A stretch of DNA of 64,000 nucleotides from an uncultured delta proteobacterium (lineage in GTDB: Bacteria; Myxococcota_A; Polyangia; Haliangiales; Haliangiaceae). Location: the NCBI GenBank assembly GCA_963848295.1, contig CAWKDB010000010.1, positions 1,760,001 to 1,824,000 on the forward strand, in the 5' to 3' direction. Numbering within the stretch: position 1 is the first letter of the stretch; every line of letters begins with the position of its first letter. The notes below the pieces were generated by a model. That model was not told the origin of the DNA. It made no database searches and was given only the letters and a program-made list of their open reading frames with translations. Shown here piece after piece: positions 21,432 through 31,919 of the stretch. Both the position numbers and the translations under genes were made by a program.

Positions 21432-22937
21432 ATGAAGCGCGCCCCGAATCGCTGGTCGTTGGTCGCGGTCGTTGTCACCATCGCCGCGTGTGGTTCGCAC
21501 GCGCAGCGAACCGGCTCGAGCGCTACTTCCGGATCGGCTGCTGGTCGCGACCTACCGGTGGTCGAGCTCGCGGTCTGGCCGGAACAGTGGCCACGGGTGA
21601 TCAAAGCCGTACCGGCGGTCGCGGAGGCACTCCGCGGTGGTCCGGACGCGACTTCGGTGTGGTCGATCGCGAGCCTCGCGCTCGGCGAGCTCGGGTTCGA
21701 GGACGTCCAATTGCCGCCGCCGGGCCTCGATTCGCGGTCGCCGATCACGCTCGCGATCTACCGCGCACACTCCGGCTTCGAGACGATCGCGCTCGGAGCG
21801 GCGCGCGGCACGTTCACGCCGACCGCCGACACGGCGGTGCGCCTGCGGATCACGCTGCCCGCGAAGGACGCCACGGTCCTCGGTGCGGCGGTCGACGCCG
21901 TGCTCGCCAAGCACTCCGCTACGAACGTCGCCGTCGTACGCGGCGCGGATGCGATCGCGATCGATGTGTACGCCCCGGGCAGCGTACCCGCCGCGCACGC
22001 GGGACCACCGGCGATCCGCAGCGTGCCGTTCGATCCAGGAACGCCGAGCGCTGCTCGCTTCATCTTGCGCGCCGACGGGATCGCCGAGGCCGGCGCCAGC
22101 TACGCGATGGGACGGGTCGCCGAGGCGTTCGCGAGCATGAACCCGTCCGAGCCGGATCTCCTCGCCGAAGGGCTGGCCGAGACCCTCACCGGGTTTGTCC
22201 TCGCGGATCCGGCGACTTCGATGGCCGAGGCTCTGGTCGTCGACGTGCCCACGAGCGACGACCCGCCTCGCGTCGCGTTCGCCGCATCGAAAACGGGCGT
22301 CGCGGCCTTGGCCGCAGCGGGGCTCAAGCCGGGATCGACGACCCCGATCGACCACGTCGACTGGAACAAGGCTGCGGCAGCGGTCGAGGTGAACGGGCTG
22401 ATGCGCGCCGAGCCCACCTCGGACAAGGACGCGACTCGCCGAGTCGCCACGCTGTTCGCCGAATGCGGCTCGTACTGCTTTGCGTACATCGCGCTCGGCA
22501 ACGCCTTGCAGCTCGGCAAGGCCATGCAGGACTCGGTGTTAGAGCAGGCGCGCTCACTCGCCGGCGGCGGCGACGGCGTGCAGTTGCGATGGGGCGACGG
22601 CGACATGATCTCGCTCGCGCGCGGCGAGGCCAAGGATCTCGCGCGCCCGCCGCTCGCGACCCCGAGCGCGCACGACACTTGCCTGCGCACCGCGCTGATC
22701 GGCGTGCGCTCCGGGTTGCAACTCGCGTCCGAGAAGCCCGCCGCGCTCGAAGCGGCGATCCGATCGCTGGACGAAGCGACGAGTTGCGCGACCGGCGACG
22801 CCGCGTTCACGGCGCGCCAAACCGCGCTGCACGATGCGCTCGTCGCGCTGCGAACGAAGATGGCGGCGACCCCGAAGCGCGGCGATCGGCCGTCCGCTCG
22901 CGACGAAGATCCGCCGCCGCCTCGAGACACGCCCTGA
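21432..22937 (+). CDS. Hypothetical lipoprotein
   Basis: Lipobox IAAC; long ORF. Confidence 0.7.
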   Translation: MKRAPNRWSLVAVVVTIAACGSHAQRTGSSATSGSAAGRDLPVVELAVWPEQWPRVIKAVPAVAEALRGGPDATSVWSIASLALGELGFEDVQLPPPGLDSRSPITLAIYRAHSGFETIALGAARGTFTPTADTAVRLRITLPAKDATVLGAAVDAVLAKHSATNVAVVRGADAIAIDVYAPGSVPAAHAGPPAIRSVPFDPGTPSAARFILRADGIAEAGASYAMGRVAEAFASMNPSEPDLLAEGLAETLTGFVLADPATSMAEALVVDVPTSDDPPRVAFAASKTGVAALAAAGLKPGSTTPIDHVDWNKAAAAVEVNGLMRAEPTSDKDATRRVATLFAECGSYCFAYIALGNALQLGKAMQDSVLEQARSLAGGGDGVQLRWGDGDMISLARGEAKDLARPPLATPSAHDTCLRTALIGVRSGLQLASEKPAALEAAIRSLDEATSCATGDAAFTARQTALHDALVALRTKMAATPKRGDRPSARDEDPPPPRDTP

Positions 22938-22991
22938 AGGCTCGGAGTGGACGCTCTCGATCCGTTCGTCGCGTGATAGGTTCGCGCGCGC

Positions 22992-24718
<1,727 letters not shown>

Positions 24719-24722
<4 letters not shown>

Positions 24723-25330
24723 TCGCGTTATCGCGAATCGCGCCCGGCGATCACGTCGAGCTGTGCGCGCCGGAGCCGGGCCTGTTTCGCGCCGCGGTCG
24801 CGATCGGCGATGTCGTCCGGCCCGGGCTCGCGCTCGGCGTGCTCGAAATCCTCGGCCGCGCGGTCGAGCTCGTCGCTCCAGACACCGCGCACGGCGCGAT
24901 CGTCGCGCTCGCCGATCCGAGCTCGGCGCGCCCCGCCGTCGGTTACGGCGATCTGCTCGTGCGCGTCGATCCAACCGCGCTGCCATTCGGCGGCGCTGAT
25001 GGCCGGGCGCGAGTCCCGGCCATCGGGCCGCACGGGCTCGGCGAGACGACCGGGCCGGACGTCTCGACCGCGCCGACCGATGCCGCTGGCGGTCCGGTGT
25101 TTCGCGCACCGACCTCCGGGCGCTACTACGCGCGGCCCTCGCCCGACAAACCGGCGTTCGTCGAGGTCGGCGCGCAGCTCAGTGCGGGCGCGACCGTGTG
25201 CTTGCTCGAGATCATGAAGACGTTCCACCGCGTCACGTACAGCGGCGCGCCTGCTCGCGTGCGCGCGCTGCTCGTCGCCGAGGGCGCCGATGTCAACGCC
25301 GGCGATCCGCTGCTCGCGCTCGAACCCTAG
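24719..25330 (+). CDS. accB: Biotin carboxyl carrier protein with an extra degenerate N-terminal biotinyl-like domain
   Basis: C-terminal [13 protein letters not shown]...EIMKTF; N-terminal APEPGLF...LEILGR...VGYGDLL. Confidence 0.85.
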
Positions 25331-26055
25331 AGCGGGGCCGGCGCGAACGCCGCCGCGCTGATCGACCACGCGCCGCCGCCCGACACTCTCCACGTCGCAG
25401 CGTAGCTGCCGGGCTGGGCGGCGATATCGAAGGCGGCGGCATCGCCGTACTGCTGCTCGAGCCCGGTGAACGAGCCCGCGTTCAGCGAATCGAACGCCGC
25501 GCCACCGGCACCGACATCGATCACGATCGTGCTCGCGATCGTCGTCGTGAGCGCCGCCGCGGTCGCGGTCGAGAGCGAGGTCGAGGCGCTGCTGCCCATC
25601 GCCGCGGCGACCGGCGCATCGGGATCGATGTGCGCGAGCTCGAGCACCCACACGACCGTGTTGTTCGCGCTCGGCATGGTCACCGTGATTACCGTCGCCG
25701 CGCCCTGCCCCGGCTTCGCGTACCAGATCTCGGCAGAGTCGTTATTCGCGTCGCCCTGGACCACCGCGTGCGTGTAGGTGTTGCCCGCGTCGTCGCTCAC
25801 CGACATCACGCCGAAGTACCCGGACACCGCGACCGCGATCACGTCGCTCGCGTCGGTCGCCGCGACCGGTACGGTCACCGTCGGAGCGACCCCGAACCCG
25901 ACCGCGAACTGCGCCACGCTCGGCGTCGCGTACTGCACCGGGGCGACGTCGCTCCCCACGATCGCGCCATCGATGCCTGCCGCCGCGAGATCGCCGAACC
26001 CGACCCGCCCGCACGCCGCGGCGGTCACGAGCGCGAGCACGCAGACGCGATGCAC
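25327..26055 (-). CDS. Hypothetical lipoprotein
   Basis: Lipobox AAACGRVGF; beta-rich. Confidence 0.7.
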   Translation of the reverse strand: MHRVCVLALVTAAACGRVGFGDLAAAGIDGAIVGSDVAPVQYATPSVAQFAVGFGVAPTVTVPVAATDASDVIAVAVSGYFGVMSVSDDAGNTYTHAVVQGDANNDSAEIWYAKPGQGAATVITVTMPSANNTVVWVLELAHIDPDAPVAAAMGSSASTSLSTATAAALTTTIASTIVIDVGAGGAAFDSLNAGSFTGLEQQYGDAAAFDIAAQPGSYAATWRVSGGGAWSISAAAFAPAPL

Positions 26056-26077
26056 GCACCATCGTACCGCGTCGCCG

Positions 26078-26704
26078 TCACATCCGGATGCCCAGGCCGA
26101 GCGCAGCCTCGAAGCCGTAAGGCGGCGCAGAGGCGAGATCGACGCCGATCTCCAGTTGCCAGCGCTGAACCTGGACGAACGGCACGGCGAACTGCGTCTG
26201 CCAGAACAGCTGATGCGCCCGAAGCGTGCCGTCACTGCTGACTTCGCACTGCATCGGAGCGACCACGTCGCGATCGCGTTCCCGTTGGACGACCTCGCCG
26301 ACTGCGAAGCTCATGCGGAACCAGCGACTCGGCCAGTAATGCATGCGAGCTCCTACGTAGAGGTCGTCGACTCGTGCGCTGTAGTCCGGCGTGGCCGCTG
26401 GATAGTCGACACGGATGCGAGGATCGTAGTACCTCGACCATCGCCCGAAGGCGACGACGCCGAGTTGGCCGAACCGCGCGCCGAGCTCCGCATCGACGAA
26501 GCCCCCGGTACCGGTGGGCGCGTCGTACTGCGCCAAGACCGATTCTTCAGTTGCGGTTTGGACCCCAGCTGCGACCGCGGCGGTCACTCGCGGTTGCCAT
26601 CCGGGATCCGGCTCCGCAGTGGCGAGCTTCGACACCGGCTCTGCGGCCACGACACGCGCGAGCGCGAGTAGTAACAGACCCGTTACCGCGATCCAGTCAA
26701 GCAT
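26078..26704 (-). CDS. Putative outer-membrane beta-barrel protein
   Basis: Signal peptide, alternating beta strands, C-terminal LGLGIRM. Confidence 0.55.
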   Translation of the reverse strand: MLDWIAVTGLLLLALARVVAAEPVSKLATAEPDPGWQPRVTAAVAAGVQTATEESVLAQYDAPTGTGGFVDAELGARFGQLGVVAFGRWSRYYDPRIRVDYPAATPDYSARVDDLYVGARMHYWPSRWFRMSFAVGEVVQRERDRDVVAPMQCEVSSDGTLRAHQLFWQTQFAVPFVQVQRWQLEIGVDLASAPPYGFEAALGLGIRM

Positions 26705-26744
26705 CGCGCGCAATGCGTTGCAGCGGTCATGCCGCCGACGCGTG

Positions 26745-27590
26745 TCAAACGTTCTGGCGACTTGGCAGCGCTGGCGCCGCCGCCAGCACGACATCGCTGT
26801 CTGCCTCGATCGCGTCGACCGCGAGGACGTCGTCGCGATGTGGCGCGAGGATCCAGCCGAGGTAGCTCTTCACCGCGCGGCCCGGCAGCCCGAGCTCCTG
26901 GTGCTGACCGCGCGGGCAGTGATAGGTGCCGAACACGACGTCGGTCCACGGCGCGAGGTTCGAAAAGTTGTGCTCGGTGCGCGCGACGTTTGCGTGATGC
27001 CAGTGATGCAGCTCGGGCGCTCCGACGAGCACGCGCAACGGACCGATCGGCAGCCGCACGTTCGAGTGGATGAACGCCGCCCACACGCCGCGGAACACGA
27101 TCAGCCAGCCGAGACCGGCGAGCCCGACGCCGAACACCAGGGCGACCGCGTTCATCGCGATCTGGGTGAGCAGGCCGTCGACCGGATGCTCGCGATGCGC
27201 GGCGAGCCAATCGAGCTCGAGGCTCGAGTGATGGACGCGATGAAACGCCCACAGCCACGACACGTCGTGAGACGCGCGGTGATACCAGTACGTCAACAGA
27301 TCGCCGACCAGCACGACCTCGATCGCCTGCACCGGCCACGGCTGAGTCGCGAACGCGGGCGGCCACGACGCGGGCACGACATGCGCCAGCAAGTGACTCA
27401 CGAGCACGAGGCCCGCGAGCTCGACCCCGAGCCACAGCAAGTGCTGGCCGAAATAGAACGCGAGATCGGTCGACAGCTGCTTGCGCAGCCGGCGTTGGTT
27501 CGGGCGGTTTGGATAGCACCACTCGATCGCCCCGAGCACGACGCCGAGCCCGATCAGTTGCGCCGACGCATAGCCGAGCGTCGCGATCAT
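26745..27590 (-). CDS. Sterol desaturase/fatty acid hydroxylase family protein
   Basis: His boxes YWYHRASH, FHRVHHS, HSN, HHWHH. Confidence 0.92.
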   Translation of the reverse strand: MIATLGYASAQLIGLGVVLGAIEWCYPNRPNQRRLRKQLSTDLAFYFGQHLLWLGVELAGLVLVSHLLAHVVPASWPPAFATQPWPVQAIEVVLVGDLLTYWYHRASHDVSWLWAFHRVHHSSLELDWLAAHREHPVDGLLTQIAMNAVALVFGVGLAGLGWLIVFRGVWAAFIHSNVRLPIGPLRVLVGAPELHHWHHANVARTEHNFSNLAPWTDVVFGTYHCPRGQHQELGLPGRAVKSYLGWILAPHRDDVLAVDAIEADSDVVLAAAPALPSRQNV

Positions 27591-27895
27591 CACAGCCCCG
27601 CCGGTGCTTTCGTCGCAGGGAAATATTCCGGTTCGCGGATCGCCGCATCGGCGGGCGCAGCCGGTGGTGCTCGGCGCGCTTGGACCGCCTGCGGCGGCGC
27701 CGCTTGCTGCGGAGTTGGCTCCGGCTCGCTTGCCCCGTACAACCCACCCGGCGCTTTCGAGGCCGAGAACGACGAGGTGGGCGTGGTGCCCGCGGGCGAG
27801 CTCGCATGATGAGTGTGGGCGCACATCGTGAGGCCGAGACAGCCAACCGCCATGACGAGGATGCCGATTCGCACCGCACGCGGGGGTCGCTTCAT
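27590..27895 (-). CDS. Small exported protein
   Basis: Signal-like N-terminus; TGA overlaps the desaturase ATG; ends EYFPATKAPAGL. Confidence 0.6.
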   Translation of the reverse strand: MKRPPRAVRIGILVMAVGCLGLTMCAHTHHASSPAGTTPTSSFSASKAPGGLYGASEPEPTPQQAAPPQAVQARRAPPAAPADAAIREPEYFPATKAPAGL

Positions 27896-27929
27896 GCCGT
27901 TAGCGAACCACGCCGAGCGCCGCGGTTGC

Positions 27930-27949
27930 GTAAGGCGTCTGTAAGGCGT
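27930..27949. promoter_or_regulatory. OmpR-family-type direct-repeat site
   Basis: GTAAGGCGT twice at 11-bp period (minus strand CTTAC-N6-CTTAC) between divergent genes. Confidence 0.55.
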
Positions 27950-28000
27950 TTTGTGCGCGGCCAGGTGGCCCGCGATCGGCGAATCACAGAGACTCCGCGA

Positions 28001-29245
28001 ATGGCTTCACGCGTAGCTCTAGTGACTATCTTGGCCTGCACGATCGCGAGCACCGCGGTCCACGCCCAGGCCCAGCTCGTACCGACCGACGCTCCAAAGC
28101 CGGCCGACCCGAAGGCGACGATCGACGGATGGAATCCGTTCCTCGCGATCACGTCGACGCTCAACGTCGTGTCGAACTCGAACGTGATCGGTCAGATCAA
28201 CGGCGTGTCGACGGTGTTCGGCCTCGGGTTGCTCGGCGGCGCCGACTACGTCCACGGCAAGCACTTCTTGCAGACCAGCCTCGTGATCAACGAAGCGTTC
28301 GCACGCACGCCGGTCATCCACCACTTCATCAAGTCGACCGACGCGGCGAAGCTCGAGGCGATCTACGACTACTTCCTGATCGACCACGCCGGGCTCTACG
28401 GCCGGCTCAGCCTCGCGACCTCGTTCTTCGAGAGCGACGACATCCGCGGCACCCCGACCTCGTGGGTCGACGTGACGACGACCACGCCGCAGCCGCTCGC
28501 CCAGAACGCGCTCGAGCAGCACCTCGCCGACGGGTTCAAGCCGTTCACGATCTCGGAATCGGCCGGCGGGTTCTACGATCCGATCAAGCGGCCCGAGATC
28601 GCGCTGTCGCTGCGCCTCGGTGTCGGCGGCCGCAGCACGTTCGCGAACGGGGTGTACGTCAACCACGACGACCCGACCACGCCCGAGGTCGAGCTGCTCG
28701 AGCTGTCCGATGTGCAGCAGCTCGGGGTCGAAGCGTTCGCCGGCGCGATCGGCAAGCTCGACACCGGCAGGTTCAACTACAAGGCCGGCATCGCGGTGCT
28801 GTTTCCGTTCGTCAACAACGATTCGGCCAATCGCAGCGCGGGCGAGCTGACCCGCGTCGCGTTCGACGCGACGTTGACCTACGCGATGAGCTCGTGGCTG
28901 TCGGCGGTGTACTCGATGAGCGTGATCCGCGACCCGCAGCTGTTCCCCGACGGCAAGGACGAGGTCCAGATCCAGAACACGCTGCTGCTGACGTTCCAGC
29001 TGAATCTCGTGAAGAAGAAGGAAGCGCCGAAGCCCAAGACCAAGGAGCAGCTGCAGCTCGAGGATGCGATCCATCGCGCCGACGAGGCCGAGAAGAAGCT
29101 CAAGGACGTGGAGCAGAAGCTCAAGGACGCCACCCCGCCGACCCCGCCGACCCCGCCGACCGCGCCGACCGCGCCGACCGCGCCAACCGCGCCGACCGCG
29201 CCACCCGCGCCACCGGCTCCACCGCCGGTGAATCAGACGCCGTAG
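28001..29245 (+). CDS. Outer-membrane beta-barrel protein (DUF3078-like) with coiled-coil/Pro-rich tail
   Basis: Signal peptide, amphipathic strands, KSTD motif, PTA repeats. Confidence 0.7.
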   Translation: MASRVALVTILACTIASTAVHAQAQLVPTDAPKPADPKATIDGWNPFLAITSTLNVVSNSNVIGQINGVSTVFGLGLLGGADYVHGKHFLQTSLVINEAFARTPVIHHFIKSTDAAKLEAIYDYFLIDHAGLYGRLSLATSFFESDDIRGTPTSWVDVTTTTPQPLAQNALEQHLADGFKPFTISESAGGFYDPIKRPEIALSLRLGVGGRSTFANGVYVNHDDPTTPEVELLELSDVQQLGVEAFAGAIGKLDTGRFNYKAGIAVLFPFVNNDSANRSAGELTRVAFDATLTYAMSSWLSAVYSMSVIRDPQLFPDGKDEVQIQNTLLLTFQLNLVKKKEAPKPKTKEQLQLEDAIHRADEAEKKLKDVEQKLKDATPPTPPTPPTAPTAPTAPTAPTAPPAPPAPPPVNQTP

Positions 29246-29254
29246 CCGATACGG

Positions 29255-29656
29255 TCAGTACGTGATGTACGGGCCGCCCGAAGAGGCGGCGCCGACGATC
29301 TCGTCCTCGGGCTCGTCCTCGTCGATCACCTGCGCGGTGACCGCGGCGTTGCCCTGGAGCACGAAGATCTTCACCGCCGAGGCCGGGATGCGCGCGTTCG
29401 GCGCGACCCGCCGCAAGATCGACAGGATGTTGCGCTGGATATCGTCGACCTCGGTGACCGCCGGCCCGGCCTTGATCACCTTGCCGACCCAGCGCTCGCG
29501 ATCCTTCTCGTCGCCGATCTCCATGACGCGCAAGAAGTCGTCGGAGCTCCCGTCGAAGTACTTCTTGTCGCCCGGCTTGGACAGCGCGAGGCCTTCGCGC
29601 AGCTTGCTGTCGATCTTGGTTGCGAAGAAAAGGGCGCAGGTCTTATCGAGTTTCAT
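29255..29656 (-). CDS. Hypothetical protein directly downstream of tRNA-Gln
   Basis: ATG at 29656, strong codon bias. Confidence 0.7.
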   Translation of the reverse strand: MKLDKTCALFFATKIDSKLREGLALSKPGDKKYFDGSSDDFLRVMEIGDEKDRERWVGKVIKAGPAVTEVDDIQRNILSILRRVAPNARIPASAVKIFVLQGNAAVTAQVIDEDEPEDEIVGAASSGGPYITY

Positions 29657-29691
29657 ATGGGCTCTCGCCGCGCGCACGGCGGCCATCGGCG

Positions 29692-29762
29692 TTCGGGGAC
29701 AAGGATTCGAACCTTGATAAGGAGCTCCAAAGGCTCCTGTCCTGCCATTAGACGATCCCCGA
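29692..29762 (-). tRNA. tRNA-Gln(TTG)
   Basis: TCGGGGA/TCCCCGA acceptor stem, GGAGC-CTTTGGA-GCTCC anticodon arm, GGTTCGAATCC; CCA not encoded. Confidence 0.93.
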
Positions 29763-29893
29763 TCTTCGACGGCACGATACCGCACACCGTCGGAGCGCGC
29801 TAGGCATCCCTATGATTTCGTTGAGACCTTCGCGAGTTCGACGCTCACACTCTTGCCTCGTTTCCGCGAACCCATTAGGGTCGCGCCCCACTT

Positions 29894-29967
29894 GGCGAGG
29901 TAGCTCAGCTGGTTAGAGCAGGGGTTTCATAAGCCCAAGGTCGGCAGTTCAAGTCTGCCCCCCGCCA
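29894..29967 (+). tRNA. tRNA-Met(CAT), probably elongator
   Basis: GGCGAGG-TAGCTCAGCTGGTTAGAGC, TTCATAA loop, GGCAGTTCAAGTCTGCC; G1-C72 paired; Ile2 not fully excluded. Confidence 0.88.
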
Positions 29968-30034
29968 CGAATGGCATACTGATCGCGTGTTGGTCCGGCC
30001 GCATCTGTCTATCGGCGCGGCGCGCCCGAAGCTC

Positions 30035-30547
30035 ATGCGACATCCCGATCCGACCCTGCTCGCGGACATCGTCAGCCCGAAAGTGTTGCGCGCGCTCGAG
30101 CTCGCGTCGCAGGCCTTGACGGCCGCGCGCGTTCGACACGTCGTAGTCGGTGGCATCGCGGTCGGAGCGAACGGCTATCCGCGAAACACCACCGACGTCG
30201 AGCTACTCGTCGGCGACGAGGCGTTCGAGCGCGACGCCAACGGCCTCGTCACGTTGCGAGCCGGTGTGCCGTTTCAGGTCGACGGCGTCGCGGTGGACTT
30301 TCTGTCTCCCGAGCCGGGAGAGTCCTTCTTGGAAGATGCGCTCTCCGCTCCGCCGGGCTCGATCATCGAGGCCGGACCGCTCGTCTACATGAAGCTCAAG
30401 GCAGCTCGCCGCAAGGATCAGGTCGACGTCATCGAGCTCGTCAGGGCGAGCCTCGACATCGACGGTTGCCGCGCGTTTCTCACCGAGCACGCCGCGGGGT
30501 TCGTGCCGTTGTTCGACCAGCTCGTCGAGCGCGCGAGTCGCGAGTAA
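30035..30547 (+). CDS. DUF6036/AbiEii-like nucleotidyltransferase
   Basis: VVGGIAVGANGYPRNTTDVELLV and LVYMKLKAARRKDQVD. Confidence 0.8.
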   Translation: MRHPDPTLLADIVSPKVLRALELASQALTAARVRHVVVGGIAVGANGYPRNTTDVELLVGDEAFERDANGLVTLRAGVPFQVDGVAVDFLSPEPGESFLEDALSAPPGSIIEAGPLVYMKLKAARRKDQVDVIELVRASLDIDGCRAFLTEHAAGFVPLFDQLVERASRE

Positions 30548-30551
30548 CCTC

Positions 30552-30716
30552 ATGGCGTCGAGCGACAGACGACGTGCTTGGCACGAGCTAAAGACCACCC
30601 AGACCGTGCTCCGCGGTCGCGATCGCGATGCGCTCCTGAACGCGATCGCAAACCCGCCGACGCCGGCGCCTCGCCTGATCTCGGCGCTTCGCAGACATCG
30701 CAAGCTCGGCGACTGA
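30552..30716 (+). CDS. 54-aa DUF1778/TacA-like antitoxin C-terminal fragment (absent from the ORF track)
   Basis: MASSDRRRAWHELKTTQTVLRGRDRDALLNAIANPPTPAPRLISALRRHRKLGD; starts 4 nt after the NTase stop. Confidence 0.6.
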   Translation: MASSDRRRAWHELKTTQTVLRGRDRDALLNAIANPPTPAPRLISALRRHRKLGD

Positions 30717-30809
30717 GCTCGCACTCTGTCGCGGCCGCAGCGCTGGTCGCCGGTCGCAAGGGTCGCTAGCCGACGTGTCACCGGCGCGCAACAACCCGCG
30801 ATCTCGAGC

Positions 30810-30829
30810 AACAGTCATAGCTGACGGTT
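30810..30829. promoter_or_regulatory. Putative operator upstream of the acyl-CoA dehydrogenases
   Basis: AACAGTCA-TAGC-TGACGGTT imperfect palindrome. Confidence 0.4.
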
Positions 30830-30855
30830 TTTGCGAAACGCGGTAAACCTGCCGC

Positions 30856-31917
30856 ATGGACTTCGCACTCGATGACGATCAACAGCTGATCGTCGACACG
30901 GTTCGTCGCTTCGCCGACCGCGACCTGCGCGCGTGGGCCGCCGATGCCGATCGCGCCGGCGCGCCTCCCGACAAGCTCGCGGCGGTCGGCGGAGACCTCG
31001 GCTTCATGCTCGACGCCGTGCCCGAGGCCGCCGGCGGCACGCTCGACGGCGCGTACTTGCACGTCACGCGCGCGTTGCGCGGCTACGAGCTCGGGCGCGG
31101 CTGCCCCGCGCTCGCCGCGTTGCTCGAGGCGAACGTCGAGCCGGCGCTCGCGGTCGAGCGCTGGGGCTCGGCGGCGGCGAAGCAAGCGCTGTTCGGCTCC
31201 CTCGCGGCCGGTGGCAGCGCGACCTTCATCCACGATTCGCGCGGCGCGATCGCGGTCGACGGCGATCGGCTGACCGGCAAGCTCGGGCCCGCGCCGGTGC
31301 TCGCGCAGGCCGGCTTCGTCGTGCTCGCGACCGGCGGCCTACTCGCGCTGATCGCGACCGATAAGATGAAGCGCACTCCGATCACGCCGAGCGGCTGGCG
31401 CGCCGCGCAGTGGGCGACCGCCGAGCTCCATGCGCACGCGGTCGGCGATGACTTCGTGCTGTCGCGCGATCCCGCCGCGATCGCCGAGGTCCTCGCGTGG
31501 GCGCGCACGAGCCTCGCGGCGCGTGCATGTGGCGTCGCCGCCGCCGCGATGGAGCACGCCGAGCACTACGGCAAGGAGCGCATCCAGTTCGGCCAGCCGA
31601 TCGGCCAGTTCGAGTCGCTGATCCGGCTGCGCGACGACGCGCAGACCACGACCGCCGCGGCGCGCCTGATGGCGTTGCACGCCGCGTGGCAGCTCGATCG
31701 CAACCTGCCCGGTGCGCACGATGCGGCGAGCCGCGCGCGCGTGATCGCCGGCGATGTCGTCGCCCGCGCCACGATCGATGCGGTGCAGATCTTCGGCGGC
31801 TACGGGTTCGTCAACGACTATCCGGTCGAGAAGCTGATGCGCGATGCGCGCGCGTTCGAGGCGATCTACGGCGACGAGCGGCTCGGCCGCGTGCTCGCGC
31901 AGAAAGCGATGGCGTAG
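30856..31917 (+). CDS. Acyl-CoA dehydrogenase, short degenerate subunit
   Basis: RIQFGQPIGQF and QIFGGYGFVNDYPVEKLMRDAR; AIYGD in place of IxEGT. Confidence 0.88.
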   Translation: MDFALDDDQQLIVDTVRRFADRDLRAWAADADRAGAPPDKLAAVGGDLGFMLDAVPEAAGGTLDGAYLHVTRALRGYELGRGCPALAALLEANVEPALAVERWGSAAAKQALFGSLAAGGSATFIHDSRGAIAVDGDRLTGKLGPAPVLAQAGFVVLATGGLLALIATDKMKRTPITPSGWRAAQWATAELHAHAVGDDFVLSRDPAAIAEVLAWARTSLAARACGVAAAAMEHAEHYGKERIQFGQPIGQFESLIRLRDDAQTTTAAARLMALHAAWQLDRNLPGAHDAASRARVIAGDVVARATIDAVQIFGGYGFVNDYPVEKLMRDARAFEAIYGDERLGRVLAQKAMA

Positions 31918-31919
31918 TC

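Noticed and set aside
29894..29967. Pseudo-tRNA because of A-C and G-A stem mismatches
   Set aside because: D and T arms and loops are canonical; isolated mismatches are tolerated
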